Part shown: positions 11,469-24,900 of the stretch, one piece after another
Layout of the letters: every line of letters begins with the position of its first letter
Position numbering within the stretch: the first letter of the stretch is position 1
Source of the DNA: Laetmonice hystrix
Lineage: Eukaryota
Length of the DNA stretch: 64,000 nucleotides
Direction of reading: 5' to 3'
NCBI GenBank assembly: GCA_965235115.1
Contig: OZ249436.1
Coordinates: forward strand, 44,578,001 to 44,642,000
Made by a program: the position numbers and the translations under genes
The notes under the pieces: generated by a model
What the model was told of the DNA's origin: nothing
Databases searched by the model: none
What the model saw: only the letters and a program-made list of their open reading frames with translations

Positions 11469-12972
11469 TCGAGCAATTTTTGACACGAATTTTAAAAAAT
11501 GACCCTATTTGTAGACGTTTCGACCTATTTAACTGAAATTTGTACTACAAACCCCAAATGACCAGATGATATCATGTTCCATATATTATGACATTGGGGT
11601 AAATATTATAGAAGTTACAGCTAGTCAAGAAAAGAGTGCTCCAAATTTTTTGGCCCACTCGATATATGGAGCGCAACAATATCCAACCCTTTCATCCTTC
11701 GTTCATGATCCCGTATACCTCCCTGTCTTACTTTCTTTTTTTTAATGATTCTAGGCCTACTAGTAATTAGGTTAGGCCCTATATGCCATCCGCCATCAAG
11801 GTATCTCAATAATCCCTAGGCCTAGTGCACATCAGTCTGAGGACAAAGTCAGGTCAGACATTGAGTCATGACGTCACGTCACGTCATGACGTCAAACGTA
11901 TTTTACACAGTGAGGCTATTTTTTAAGCTCACATAATTATTTCGAAATTCAAAAACCCGTCATGGCGCTTTCATCAGGCAAGGGTGCTGCCTAAATCCGA
12001 CCCAAAATTTGACCTTTGACCTTAGGGAAAACTGGGTCCTAGGTCAGATGTCAGACGGGACACCCCGGGGATGGGATCCATTCTGGCATCACCACAACGT
12101 GCACGTATAGATAGGCCTATAGCAAATCCTCTTTATTATACTCTTTAGCTGTATGTAGGCACTAAATTTGGCATTACAATTTCAACAATTAAGAAAAAAA
12201 GAATGTGGCAGTCACTGAAAAGAGTAGACTCTAGGCCTAATTAAGAGGCTCAGGGTCGCGGGTGCCACCTTCTAATAGGACTAGGCATATGCATACCTAG
12301 CCTTACAATAAGGAAAATTACAGGGGGTGATGCCTATAACTTATCACATAATGTTATAACTATACAATGTAGGCGAAAGGCCGTCTGCTTCTCACCAGGC
12401 CCAAAAAAGGCCGAGAGCGGGAAATCCTCTTGGCAGCACAGATTGAAGCGCCATCTGTCGGATGAGAAGGTTTATCACAATGTTTCTACGTCTACATTGG
12501 TGCTAGGGTTTTTGGAGCGGGTCTAGGTTTTCTGCCAAAGCCCAACCCAGGCCCCCACCCTGGGCCTGGGCTGGGGCCGGCGGGGCTGGGGCTACTCCCC
12601 CCCCCCCCCAACTCCCCACTGCCACTGCACTGACTGGTCACTGACTGGGCCCAGTCCCAGGCCAGACTCTGAATAGATCTACACCACGTGGAAGTTTAAA
12701 ACAAAAAACAGTGTTTGTTAAATATTTCCACTTGGACTTTCCGAAGAAAAGACTCTGCTCTCCCTCCCCAGAACTCTTTGTATTTGATACAAAGCCCAGG
12801 CAACACCACCACTCATGGCATTTGTTGGGGGGACTATAAAGACGATTTGCAGTGACCTACTTTTCGATATTCATACACCGAGATGGCGACTCGCAGGGAT
12901 GTGGAACCCTCGCCAGGTTGTGTGTAAATTTTGCATTCTAATACCAATGTGACAGCATAAATAAAGCCTATT

Positions 12973-15900
12973 ATGGACCAGTCGAAGAAGCCACATTCTC
13001 GGATATTGGCCTCTACCGTTTTGGAACCCAAGGATGACCTTGATGAGGTAAATCTTGCTATGATTAGTTTGTATTGTTGAAACATAGAAGGCAAGGGCCT
13101 CGCTCCGACTTGACCCCATTCTCGAACACAAACGTCGAGCACCCGCAGGTCGGCGACTGTACGCCTCCGACGGCAGCTGCTGGCCGTGGATGGGTGTAGA
13201 GCCTAGTGTAGGTCAGGCTAACAATGTTGATGTTTTATTTATACATGTTTATGCATTTGAATTAAAGTAATCGGCGAGTGTCAGTCTCAGCACAGTACTT
13301 TGGGTTAAAAGAAAAAATATCAATTTGATCAGCCTCACCCAAGCCAGGGATCTTGAACGTTGAAGTTAGCTGTCACTAGTGTCAGTTGACACATGCCATG
13401 GTTTAGTAACTGTTGTCAGTTGACAACTCTCGACACCGGGTTCGTCTCTTGACTAGTCTAGTCACAAGTTGAGAGTCTAGCCGAGGCAAGGGCTAGGCTG
13501 TATAGGCCTACCCCAACTCCACTTTTTATTAATACAGAGTGTAATAGAGTAGATTGAGCAATCATCTTCCAACAATTATTTATATCAATTCAGGGGATAA
13601 GATGAATGAAAGTAATATCATACTCATAGAACTGGTACCGTATGTAATAATATGATGGTTTTTTTTAACAATTCTGCTTTCAGAAATTGGATCGTTGCTA
13701 TACAAGTCTGACAAGTTTAATCCATGGCCTGTCTGAACGTGAGGCAAATGATGCTCTGAATGCCCACGTAAGTATGGACATCTTGCTAAATGTAGGCTAA
13801 ACGGTTTCTGAATGTAGGCCTTGTAAGAATGAGAACAAAATCTGTCAAATGTTTATATGTATTGCATAATTTTCACATGAGTTGAGTTGAATGGGTAATT
13901 AAAAGTTCTGATCTCTCGTTCCCCTCACAGATATTATTAGACATTTTGACCTGTTTGTCGTCTGACAGATCTATAACCTTCTAGTTCTGACCTATTTTCC
14001 CCTGACAGATAATTAAAAGTTCTGGTATATTTTTCACCCTGACAGATATGTAAAGGACAGCACCAGTATGAGGAGGTACAGTTGGGGCTCCTCACCACCA
14101 TCCTTGTCGATCAACCAAATGCTTCCAAGGTATGTGTGCCAATCGTGTACTGTCTCTAGGGTGGTTTTTCTTGTCTGGCTTGCCCAAATAGACCCTGCCC
14201 CATTTTTCTGGGTTTAAAATTTATTTTTCTCAAATCCCTTAACTATTTTAAGCCAGCCTAGAATCTCCCAAATAGACCCCACAAACACACAACCACACAT
14301 CCAGGAAAGTATGGATTCTGTCTCATCTTGGAAGATGTACGTGTCAGGGGGAGGGTCCATTGTTCTGTTCAACCGTCAAAGCTTCCTTTTATGGAATCGG
14401 CAGTGGTCAATTGGGCATGGGCGTTGATAACTTAGGCTATGCGAATGATCTTGGGGCCATAGTTTTTTTCCCAGGCTATATAATTTTGTCTTTCCTGGCG
14501 TTCTGATGTCCGTGCACATTGGAGATAGAGTCCTTCTGTTTCCTGTATACATTAATGAATGAAATGATGGGTTGTGTTGTTTCAGTCTTACCGGGATATA
14601 ACCCTACTCAATCATGATGGATTGACACTGGTGCTGACAAGGACGAACCAGATCGTCCATGAGAAATGGATCAAGTTGGCCGACACCCCACGTCTACAGC
14701 TCCTCTGGTTTGCCAAGGAGTTGGTGAAGAACTCGGTTCAAGGTGCTGACAGTGTGTGCCACTCCCTCATCAGACAGATAGCTGGTCAGTAAACACAGGC
14801 TTCCAGTTTAAATGCCATTTTTAATTATTTAAGCTTTTGTTCAAGTTCTATATTTGAAAAGAGGTTAAAGAAATAATAATTCCTTGATTAAATTCATGTT
14901 TTTCATGTATAGACGATAGTTTGGCCACATAATCTGCAGTAGATTTTCTTTAAGATTTATTTTAAACAGTAGCTGAGTAAGTCTGTACTTATTGACAGGT
15001 GGGGATGTATCACCAAAAAACATATGGCTGACGGAAACACTGCTAGATATGTTCACAGAAAACAGGTGAGACGTTACTTTAGCTTCACCAAATTCAAATG
15101 CACCTTGGTAGGATATTCGATAAAATTAGTCCTGATTACTATGTCCCCTTTGGTGAAGGAAAATCTTAAAAAGAAATATAAGATAAAAATTCAGATTTGA
15201 TAATTTTCACAAAATTAAGAGGGAAGACAAGAAATTTAAGAATTTAGCAGTATTGGCCCCAGGCATGATGGTTGGGATCTAGATATATTGTAAACTGTTT
15301 TTGTAAAATTTCATAAGGCCATGATTGGAAAGAAAGTTTCAAACAGTCCTTGAAATGTGTAATAAAAGTTTTGGAAAAGTTACTGGAAAGGAGAATGATT
15401 TTCAGGCAAACAAGTAAAGGAAACTATAATTGTACTTGATTGTATTTCAGAGGCTGGTTGGAAAAGCATCCATCATTGTTAGCCTCAGCTGTTTATACAT
15501 ATCTACGGGTGATTGTTGATCATACAAGTTTTAAAACACTACGACAAAGAGAGGTGGAGTTTGTTGTCACCATGCTCCGAGAAAAAGTGAGTATCTAGAG
15601 GGAACGTTTAGGTTGTTGTAAGTCTGTTGGGGCATAAAGTGACACAAGGGGGGTATAGAGTATTCCTGGGAAACGTCCAAGATGTTTCAGCTTTAAAAAA
15701 AGGAAAATTTGAATTTAGTCCTTGAATCAATGTCAGTGCAAGTAAACTGAACAGAATTAGGTTTGCTGTGAATGGTCTTTGTGTTTGCAAGCATGGCAGT
15801 TGTTGAGACATATTCATATTGACCAATTTGTTGTATTTTTCAGTGGCTGGACTGTATGACAGTTGGTCGTGACCTTGTCAGACTCTTGCAATATGTTGCA

Positions 15901-18900
15901 CGAATACCAGAGATTGAGCCCATCTGGAAAGATATTTTACACAATCCAACGGCACTTCACTCCACTTTTACAGGTAACATTAACCTGTCTGACAGGTAGA
16001 ATTGTATACTTGTAACCCAGTATTTTACATCTCTATGATCTGTGTGTACTCAGAATAAACTGTTCCTTGTGGTTTCCCATGTTCTCAGTCGTTGTAATAA
16101 TATGTTATCTTTTCATAGCATTAACTTTTTCTTGGTGCTCACCTTTAACCTAAGATCAATAAAAAGATGAAGATGTTATAGTATTTCAAATACTGTAAGG
16201 TTCTCCTTGTTTCCACCAGGTGTTCAGCAGTTGATGGCAATCCGAACATCAAGGCGTCATTTTGTGTCCCGCCTGACGCCAGACATGGAAACTAAACTAG
16301 TATTCCTCACAACCAAAGTGCGCTTTGGACAACAAAAACGATACCAAGAATGGTTTCAAAGACAAGTAAGCTTAGTCTAAAGAGGGAATATCTGTTTAAA
16401 CATTTTTTTAGCCATGTGTAAAAGTGAACATTTATCACTATTTCATATACCTTGAGTGATGTTTCATGACTGAAGGTGCTATTCAAGCTGTCGATGTGGC
16501 AAACTAAAACTTTAGTAATAAAGAGGTATGAGATAAAGAGATAAACAGTAATGTTCGTGAGTGCGTCCTGAGATCTGTTTTACAATATCATAACCTTTGT
16601 TTGATATTGAACCTCCCTCATCACTTCCAGTATCTGTCAACCCCTGAGAGTCAGTCGTTGAGATGTGACCTCATTCGCTACATTTGTGCTGTGATCCACC
16701 CGTCAAATGAGGTGCTGTGTTCGGACATCATACCCCGGTGGGCTGTCATTGGCTGGCTGCTCACCACTTGCACAGTAAGTCATCTAGTCATATTTATTTA
16801 TATATTTATCGTAGGTTGTGGGGCTTGGAAAACCTGTATGTAAATAACAAATTAAGCAAATAATTATTCATAACTAGGATGTGGAAGTTGTCAGTGAATC
16901 AGAATGTTTGGATAATGTAAATGAATTTTCTTGTGGTTCTATTTCAGTCTAATGTTGCGGCATCAAATGCCAAATTGTCCCTCTTCTATGACTGGCTATT
17001 TTTTGAGCCAGACAAAGACAGCATCATGAATATTGGTGAGTATTGCAACTGTGAATTATTAAAAAGATCAGGAATAAACTACTATGACAACAGTTCTTTT
17101 TTCTCGGTACATGTGTAACAGTTGTCCTTTAGGTTTTTTTGTAATAATTTTGTTTCTTTAAATTGTTTTTCAAGCCTTATGAAGTGATTGGGCTGTTGTA
17201 TTTTTAGAAATCAGTGGTGTTCAAAAATAGATATTCCATTAGAGAGAAACTTGTTAAGAGGAGCCCCCCCCCCCACCACCACCAAGTACCTTCTTCTAAG
17301 GGCTAACGGCTGCAATAAGGTCTTATTGTCAGAATCTCGAAGTTGTATAGTGAATTCCAAACATTGCTACATTGTTTCAGAACCGTGTATCTTGGTCATG
17401 TATCACTCGATGCGACCTCATCCAGCCATCACAGCTACACTCTTAGATTTCATGTGTCGCGTAGGTATTCTTTGAAAGTTATTCCATATTTCTTCCAGGA
17501 TTTTTATCACCAGTAAAGTTTTTATAGTTGCTGATATTTCCTGGGGTAATTATTAAGATTCTCTTAAAAATATAAAGTCTGTAGCTCTGCAGTTTCTATG
17601 TGAATATATTTACAGTCTGCAGATAGTGAGTTTTATATTGTTCCCTGTTGACTCTTTCCAGATCATGCCCAATTTTTATCCACCGTTGGCACCTGTTGTG
17701 AAAAATGGTATTTTCACTGCCCTGAAAACAATTCTACAAAAGAGAGTCCTACAGTAAGTGTTCTATTTCTTGAACTTCTTCCAGTCAACTTTCTAATGAT
17801 GTTAAATTTTAAGATGGTGCAAATATTGTGGCTTTAGTGAAAATATTTCTGTTTTGATTTTTGCAGGTCCTTGTCTCCTTTATTTGACAATCCCAAACTG
17901 GACAGAGAACTTCGAACAATGATCAGGGAAAACTTTCTAGAGTTTTGCTCATCAGTAGAAGGTGAGTACATGTAGCCAGAGTGTTAAATGTTCTGTGTTA
18001 GAGCATGAGAAAAGTTACCCTACCTACAGTCACAGGGATATACAGGTATAGTAGAGCAGCTCGGACCCATGTTGTATCCATCTCCACCTGTAGTTTCATA
18101 AAATATGATTTGTGTGTGTATTTTGTTTAAACATGTCAACCGTAGGGATTTCTTGGTCTGCCCCAGCTGAGATTATTAAACATTAGCCAGTCTCAGGCTG
18201 TATCAATCGTCCCACATGAGTCTGCTGAGTCAGCATTGAGAAGTACATGTCGTGGGAGGGTCTGCACGAATTGTTTGTACCAACTCAAGGTTTGATTTCA
18301 CATTGCAGTAAAAGAAGATGCGGACAGTAAGAACACTTTGTTAATAGTCTGTCCTCCGTGTGAATGTGTGCAATGTTTGTCACTCTCAGCCACTGGAATA
18401 TTGTCAAACAGCTGAATATTACGTTCCTGCAATCTCACGGTCTAGAATTATCAGATTTCAGGATCAAATCTGTGGGAAAAAGAGTCCAGCAAATGGCAGT
18501 ATAAGAGGCTTTGAGAGTATTGATGATTTGACAGTTTTAGGCACACTTTAAATGTTGCCAACTTCAGCAGATTACTGTAATTTTCCAACTAGAAGCAGCA
18601 CTTTTGTTAGGATCAGGTCAGCAACTTTTCACACTATGGCTAGATTGGCGCAGCATCTAACTGATCAATACACGTTTCAGCATGTTTCATGGGGTTCAAG
18701 ATTTGCTATAATTGGCATTAGAAACTTTACTTTTTTTCTATGAGTTTTGCTCTAAAAATGGCCTTGGAATGTGTACTCGGAATATTTACGGCATTCTACC
18801 CTATTTCAGTTATGTCAATGATGTATCATCTGCCTCGAACAGGGGACCATTTCACTAAACAGGCGTATTTTACGAGCTTGTATTTTCTGTAGATCATAAT

Positions 18901-21900
18901 AGCCAAATGTATAAGTTTTTTATTCTTTACGAGACAAAAGGCCATATACGAGCTCGTACAGTCTTAGTGAAACGAGCTCCTGGACACATAAATTGAAGGC
19001 TGATGAGAAGTTTTATTCAAATAAAAGGCCTGTGTTTCCCTAAAGTGTTGAAGAAACACAAGAAAATTGGATTTTTCAGTAAAATTTGCACCTGTGTGTA
19101 AACACCAGGACAGATTTGCAATTTTTAGTGGCCTGACCCTGTTAAAAAAAGTCTAAATGCTTTGATGAATTCTCGTTATGTTTTTGTAAAAATTTTGTTT
19201 ATTGAAGATTATATAAGCGATGTATGTCAGAATGAATGCTGTTGAATGACCCCACTTTCCAACAGCACCTGAATGTTATACAGTCACCATCTGTTGCTAA
19301 TCAATATTCCAATTAAAATTAGTGTAAATCTTAATTGCTTGGATGCTGTAATTTATAATTATAAGGGTACATCATTGGTTGATTGCATGTCTGACAGTAA
19401 ATCAATCTTGAGTCCAGTGAAAGAGAAATCACCAAAAGGGGAACTTTCAGGTCTGATATGTTCTAATGAAGATATTTATGCCAAAGTTACCATCATCTCA
19501 GTTCTTTCAAATTTCACATATATATTAGGATGAAAGTCCTTCAGGAAATAACTACTTTCTGGATTATTATTTTTTGTGTGAAAATCTTTCTAACTATAAC
19601 ATAGTAAGCACGTTGAGATAAAAGAGTAATTAATCTGCAATAATTGCCATGAGAACTAGGATCGTAATTTGTAGGGAAGTGGTTTGAGATCTAACGTAAG
19701 ATGTTCACATACTACTTACGTACATTAGGACCTGGTAGTTGACAAGAAATATTTTTGGATTCACATATTTTCCCAAGTCCTGCATGGAGTTGGCAGTGTA
19801 TTTTTAAAATAGATAATACATGAGGGCCGTATATAAAATGTAGCAGCAGCATGCCATGTGCTCTCTACAACATGTTAGAGAAATCCTGTATTTGAACCTT
19901 TGTGGGGGGCCACTTTTATCCCTGCTTCCTGTCATCTTGATAAATGCTGCTTTCACTGTTAAGAGATGTCTCTCGGTGTACAACTATATCCTATAATCAT
20001 GTTGTGGAGGAGTGGAGAGGGATCGTCAATGAAATACACAATGTAGATCTAACATACAAGTACCTCGTGCTATACCTTGTGGCATACTAAGTTCTCATTA
20101 AGATAATTGTTCCAAGGTTTTCTGCCTCATCTGGGATGATGAGGAATTGACATCTCCAAAAATATTTTTAAAATATCAGAACTGATGACATACATGACAA
20201 ATGTCAATAAGTGGTAGACTTGCTATGTTTGAGATATCTTGCATTATGTGAAGTCAGGAATTGTTTTTTTCCAGTAAAAGACGAGCCAAGTGGAAATACA
20301 AAGGACGGGGTTGAGTTAGATAACAACCACCACCACATGACGGAGAACAACCTGGTGGACATGGCTGAGTTCAGTGAGGACGAAGATGACATTCCTCTAG
20401 GTAAAGAAAAGTGTTAGTATCCAACTCTGATATTTAACTTTGATTGTCTACAATAAAATCTTATCTTCAGGACCATTGCTTTGGGTGTGACCATAAAAAG
20501 TAAATATAATAGTTGAAAACCAAGGTTAGCTTAGATAAAAAATTAATAGCAACGTTAGTGGTATCCAAAATTTCTTCTTTTTTGGTCAAGTTCATTGTCT
20601 CAAGCAGCTCACTATATAACTCTACCAAATAAACACAGATTTGTAATGTAACTTGTAAGTTTTTGTTTTCAGTTGTTATATGAGAAGGTGTGTTTTAAAC
20701 TGTGTATTTTTTTTTATCTTTATTCCCAGGTAAATTGAGATCTGAGGTACAGTTTGAACCAATCAACAAGCCAGTCCCAGTTGAGGTAGTGGACATTACG
20801 GAGTCACTGGAACAGCTCGACGCAGATATCAAACAGGCGGTCGTAGATCTTCAGAGTGAAACGTAAGCGTTATCAATAGAATGTCAGCAACTGGTAGTCC
20901 AGGGCCCAGTTTTTTCGTTGACAAAAAGTTCGTCTCAAGCTCACAGCCCTATGAGTCGACTCCTAGGGCCGTGAGCTTGAGATGAACTTTTCGGCTCCAC
21001 TTTGACTCGAGCTCAACTAAAAAACCGGGCCCTGGAATGAAATCTATGTTGAAAATTGAGCTCTACAGCTTTAATTATTATTAATCATTATTTGGATTTT
21101 TATAAAGATGTCCAAAATAGATAGCAAAACTTTACAACTGGGAGTCCAGAATTTTAGATCTCACAGTGGCTTCCATCATGGTAGATCATGGGCATGTATC
21201 AGTGAATAAGAGATGAACCATGTATACATGCCTTGTCCCAGGTTTGTAGTTACGCTGTCATTATATGTCAGTTGGCTGAGGCACAGGCTGGGATCGTTTG
21301 TTTATAAAACAAGGCGTCTCTGAACAGCCTAAACCACACCAAACTCTGTCACAGCATTGGACAATTTTGTCCTGGCAGTAAAACAACTGTTGACAGCCTC
21401 ACATAAATTTTGAATGTTCACATGACAAGGCACCTTAAAGTCCCCTAGCTGAGACAGTAATGGGCAGTGCTGTCCCTGTGAAATAACGAGCTGAGACATT
21501 CATGGGCAGTGCTGTCCCTGTGAAATAACGAGCTGAGACAGTAATGGGCAGTGCTGTCCCTGTGAAATAACGAGCTGAGACTGTAATGGGCAGTGCTGTC
21601 CCTGTGAAATAATGAGCTGAGACATTCATGGGCAGTGCTGTCCCTGTGAAATAACGAGCTGAGACAGTAATGGGCAGTGCTGTCCCTGTGAAATAACGAG
21701 CTGAGACAGTAATGGGCAGTGCTGTCCCTGTGAAATAACGAGCTGAGACAGTAATGGGCAGTGCTGTCCTGGTGAAATAACAAGCTGAGACAGTAATGGG
21801 CAGTGCTGTCCCTGTGAAATAACGAGCTGAGACAGTAATGGGCAGTGCTGTCCCTGTGAAATAACGAGCTGAGACAGTAATGGGCAGTGCTGTCCCGGTG

Positions 21901-24900
21901 AAATAACGAGCTGAGACAGTAATGGGCAGTGCTGTCCTGGTGAAATAACAAGCTGAGACAGTAATGGGCAGTGCTGTCCCTGTGAAATAACGAGCTGAGA
22001 CAGTAATGGGCAGTGCTGTCCCTGTGAAATAACGAGCTGAGACCATAATGGGCAGTGCTGTCCTGGTGAAATAACGAGCTGAGACAGTAATGGGCAGTGC
22101 TGTCCCTGTGAAATAACAAGCTGAGACAGTAATGGGCAGTGCTGTCCCTGTGAAATAACAAGCTGAGACAGTAATGGGCAGTGCTGTCCCGGTGAAATAA
22201 CGAGCTGAGACAGTCATGGGCAGTGCTGTCCCTGTGAAATAACCCTCGTAAACAAGTGAACATTTTTTTCCCCCCCGCAGGGATAATGAAATCCAGTGTA
22301 ACATGATGGACCGTCTGATAGACACCGTTATCCAGGATACAGAGTTTGACCAAGACACAGCAGTCATACTCGCACAATGTCTCACCCAACTTTTACTAGC
22401 ACAGTTCAAGGCTAATCTTTTCCCCCAAGATCTTGATGAGGAGTAAGTATATGAGTTGTTCTTCAATTTTTGTTCACTGAAAGATTGGATTAACGTGTAT
22501 TTCAACAGAAATTATATCTGTTGATCATTATGTTAAAAAAAATATGTTAATTTATAAATTACTGAACTGAACTATTCATTCACTATTGGGGAATGATAAA
22601 TTTTTACTGATAACCTTACATTATGTTACAGGACAATTGAGGATTCCATTGGGTCGCCATTATTTGTGATATTCAGGTGAGAATAACACATCGCAATAAT
22701 AAGTAGGGTAAATTCTGAAAGAACATTGAATTCTGAAGTTTTAGCATATCTTCATATTGATCCGGCAGTCAGCTGGTATCCAGAATCCTGTGCTGACTCC
22801 TTTAATGCAACTGATGAAAAAATGTTCCCTTTTTTTATGCCAAAGGGACTTTTTTCATACACATTTGGTTGTATAAAATAGGCACTCGAAAAACTGCTAT
22901 ATCTCCAGAAGATGCTCCCAGAAGAGACCAAAATCAAAAATTTGCCCGAGGGGGAAAAAAGGCAATCACATCCATGATTACGATTGTATGCAGGGGATAA
23001 TTTAGTTCAGAAGAATTGATTCGCACTGACTGCTTACTCAGAAGGGATTTGAATAGCAATTCATTGCGAATCATACTGTTTTTAAATCGCAACTTTAGGG
23101 GTGAAATTGGGTCGCAAACTGCGATGCAATACCGGGCAAATTATGCCTTGGTATGAGAATATTATTGAGTAATATATGATGGTGATTGTTACAGAAACCT
23201 TTGTCAGACCCCGGAAGAGGACCCGAGTCGACAACCCATCCTCCTGCTCCTTGAGGAGATGTATAACAAGCAGCCACGGATTGGTTACTACTTTCTCTAC
23301 TTCCTCAAAGTTAGGTCAGTCTCTGCACAGTTACTCTTCTATAAACAGTATTTTTGTGAACAGTTTCCTTGCAGTGTCGTGAACAAATTTTTGTTTTGAA
23401 TCACTTAGTTAGACTCAAGTACCGGTATTTTATGGATATGGAGTCTCAAACTGGTAGGCTGGACTAATTTCAGATTGTGATGAAGCAGTGCAGCCCAAAA
23501 GTTCTCCAAGATTTTATTTTTACTTCTTTACAAGTGTTTTCTTTTTACTGTGGCTGGTTAACTTGAATGATTTTAATACGTGGACACTGGGGATCTTATG
23601 TTTTGTATGCGGGGGTCCTCTGATTTTTTGTTTTGTATGCAGGGGCCTCTGAGCTGTTATGTTTTGTATGCAGGGACCCTTCTGGGCTGTTGTGTTTTGT
23701 ATACAGGGGTCCCTCTAACCTGTTTTGTATGCAGGGCCCCACTGAGCTGATATGTTTTGTATGCAGGGCCCCCTCTGAGCAGTTATGTTTTGTATACATG
23801 GACCCCTCTGAGCTGTTATGTTTTGTATGCAGGACCCCTCTGAGCTGTTATGTTTGGTATGTAGGGGCCCCTCTGAGCTGTTGTGTTTTGTATACAGGGA
23901 CCCCTCTAACCTGTTATGTATGTTTTGTGTACAGGGACCTGTCTAATCTGTTATGTTTTGTATACAGGACCCCTCTGAGCTGTTGTGTTTTGTATACAGG
24001 GATCCCTCTAACCTGTTATGTATGTTTTGTGTACAGGGACCTGTCGAATCTGTTATGTTTTGTATACAGGGCCCCTCTGAGCTGATATGTTTTGTATGCA
24101 GGGACCCCTCTAATCTGTTATGTTTTGTATACAGGGACCCCTCTAATCTGTTATGTTTTGTATACAGGGCCCCTCTGAGCTGATATGTTTTGTATGCAGG
24201 GACCCCTCTAATCTGTTATGTTTTGTATACAGGGACCCCTCTAATCTGTTATGTTTTGTATACAGGGACGCCTCTAATCTGTTATGTTTTGTATGCAGGG
24301 ACCCCTCGAATCTGTTATGTTTTGTATGCAGGGACCCGTCTAATCTGTTATGTTTTGTATGCAGGGACGCCTCTGAGCTGAAGTCATCTGAAGAGTATGT
24401 GTAATAATGAGGTGACATTGAATGCGTGCTAATTTGTTTATAAGGCGGGGATTAGATAATATGTTCATAACACTTTGAAAACTATAGCATTCTCAAGACA
24501 GACATGATTAGTGAAAAAGAAAAAAATGAACATAGTTCATTATTTTTCCACTCGGAGATAATGCTGAGTTGAAGAAATAATGTTTAGACCCTTAGAAAGA
24601 ACGGACAGAACAGTTTGTCTAGTATTATTACCTGTCTTGTTGGACATCTCAAGAAGCACTGATATTTGAAAGTTTTACCTAGCTGTAAGGCCTAGAGAAC
24701 TATATTTCAGAACAATCTATTTGAGAAAGAAATCAGGTTATATTATCTTGCAGGGCTTTATCAACTGATTCACATAAACATTGAGGGGGGTTTAAACTAT
24801 AGCAAGCAGATATGATGGGACATATATTAGGCATTATAATACTGACTTTGGTGTAAGAATTAATACCTAGTTGAGCCAGTCATTGTCATAATGATTATGC

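Noticed and set aside
19273-19533. Possible extra INTS3 cassette exon (..[18 protein letters not shown]..)
   Set aside because: The open frame would need a phase-0 acceptor, but the host intron is phase 1; phase-1 acceptors hit stops within a few codons.
20135-20186. Box C/D snoRNA (ATGATGA..CTGA) in INTS3 intron 13
   Set aside because: Only about 50 nt, with no terminal stem and no recognisable C'/D' boxes.
21435-22505. 356-aa and 314-aa minus-strand ORFs
   Set aside because: They are translations of the 42-bp minisatellite, antisense within an INTS3 intron and exon 16.
23596-24418. Cys-rich repetitive ORFs (LCFVYRDP..)
   Set aside because: Translations of the 33-bp minisatellite.
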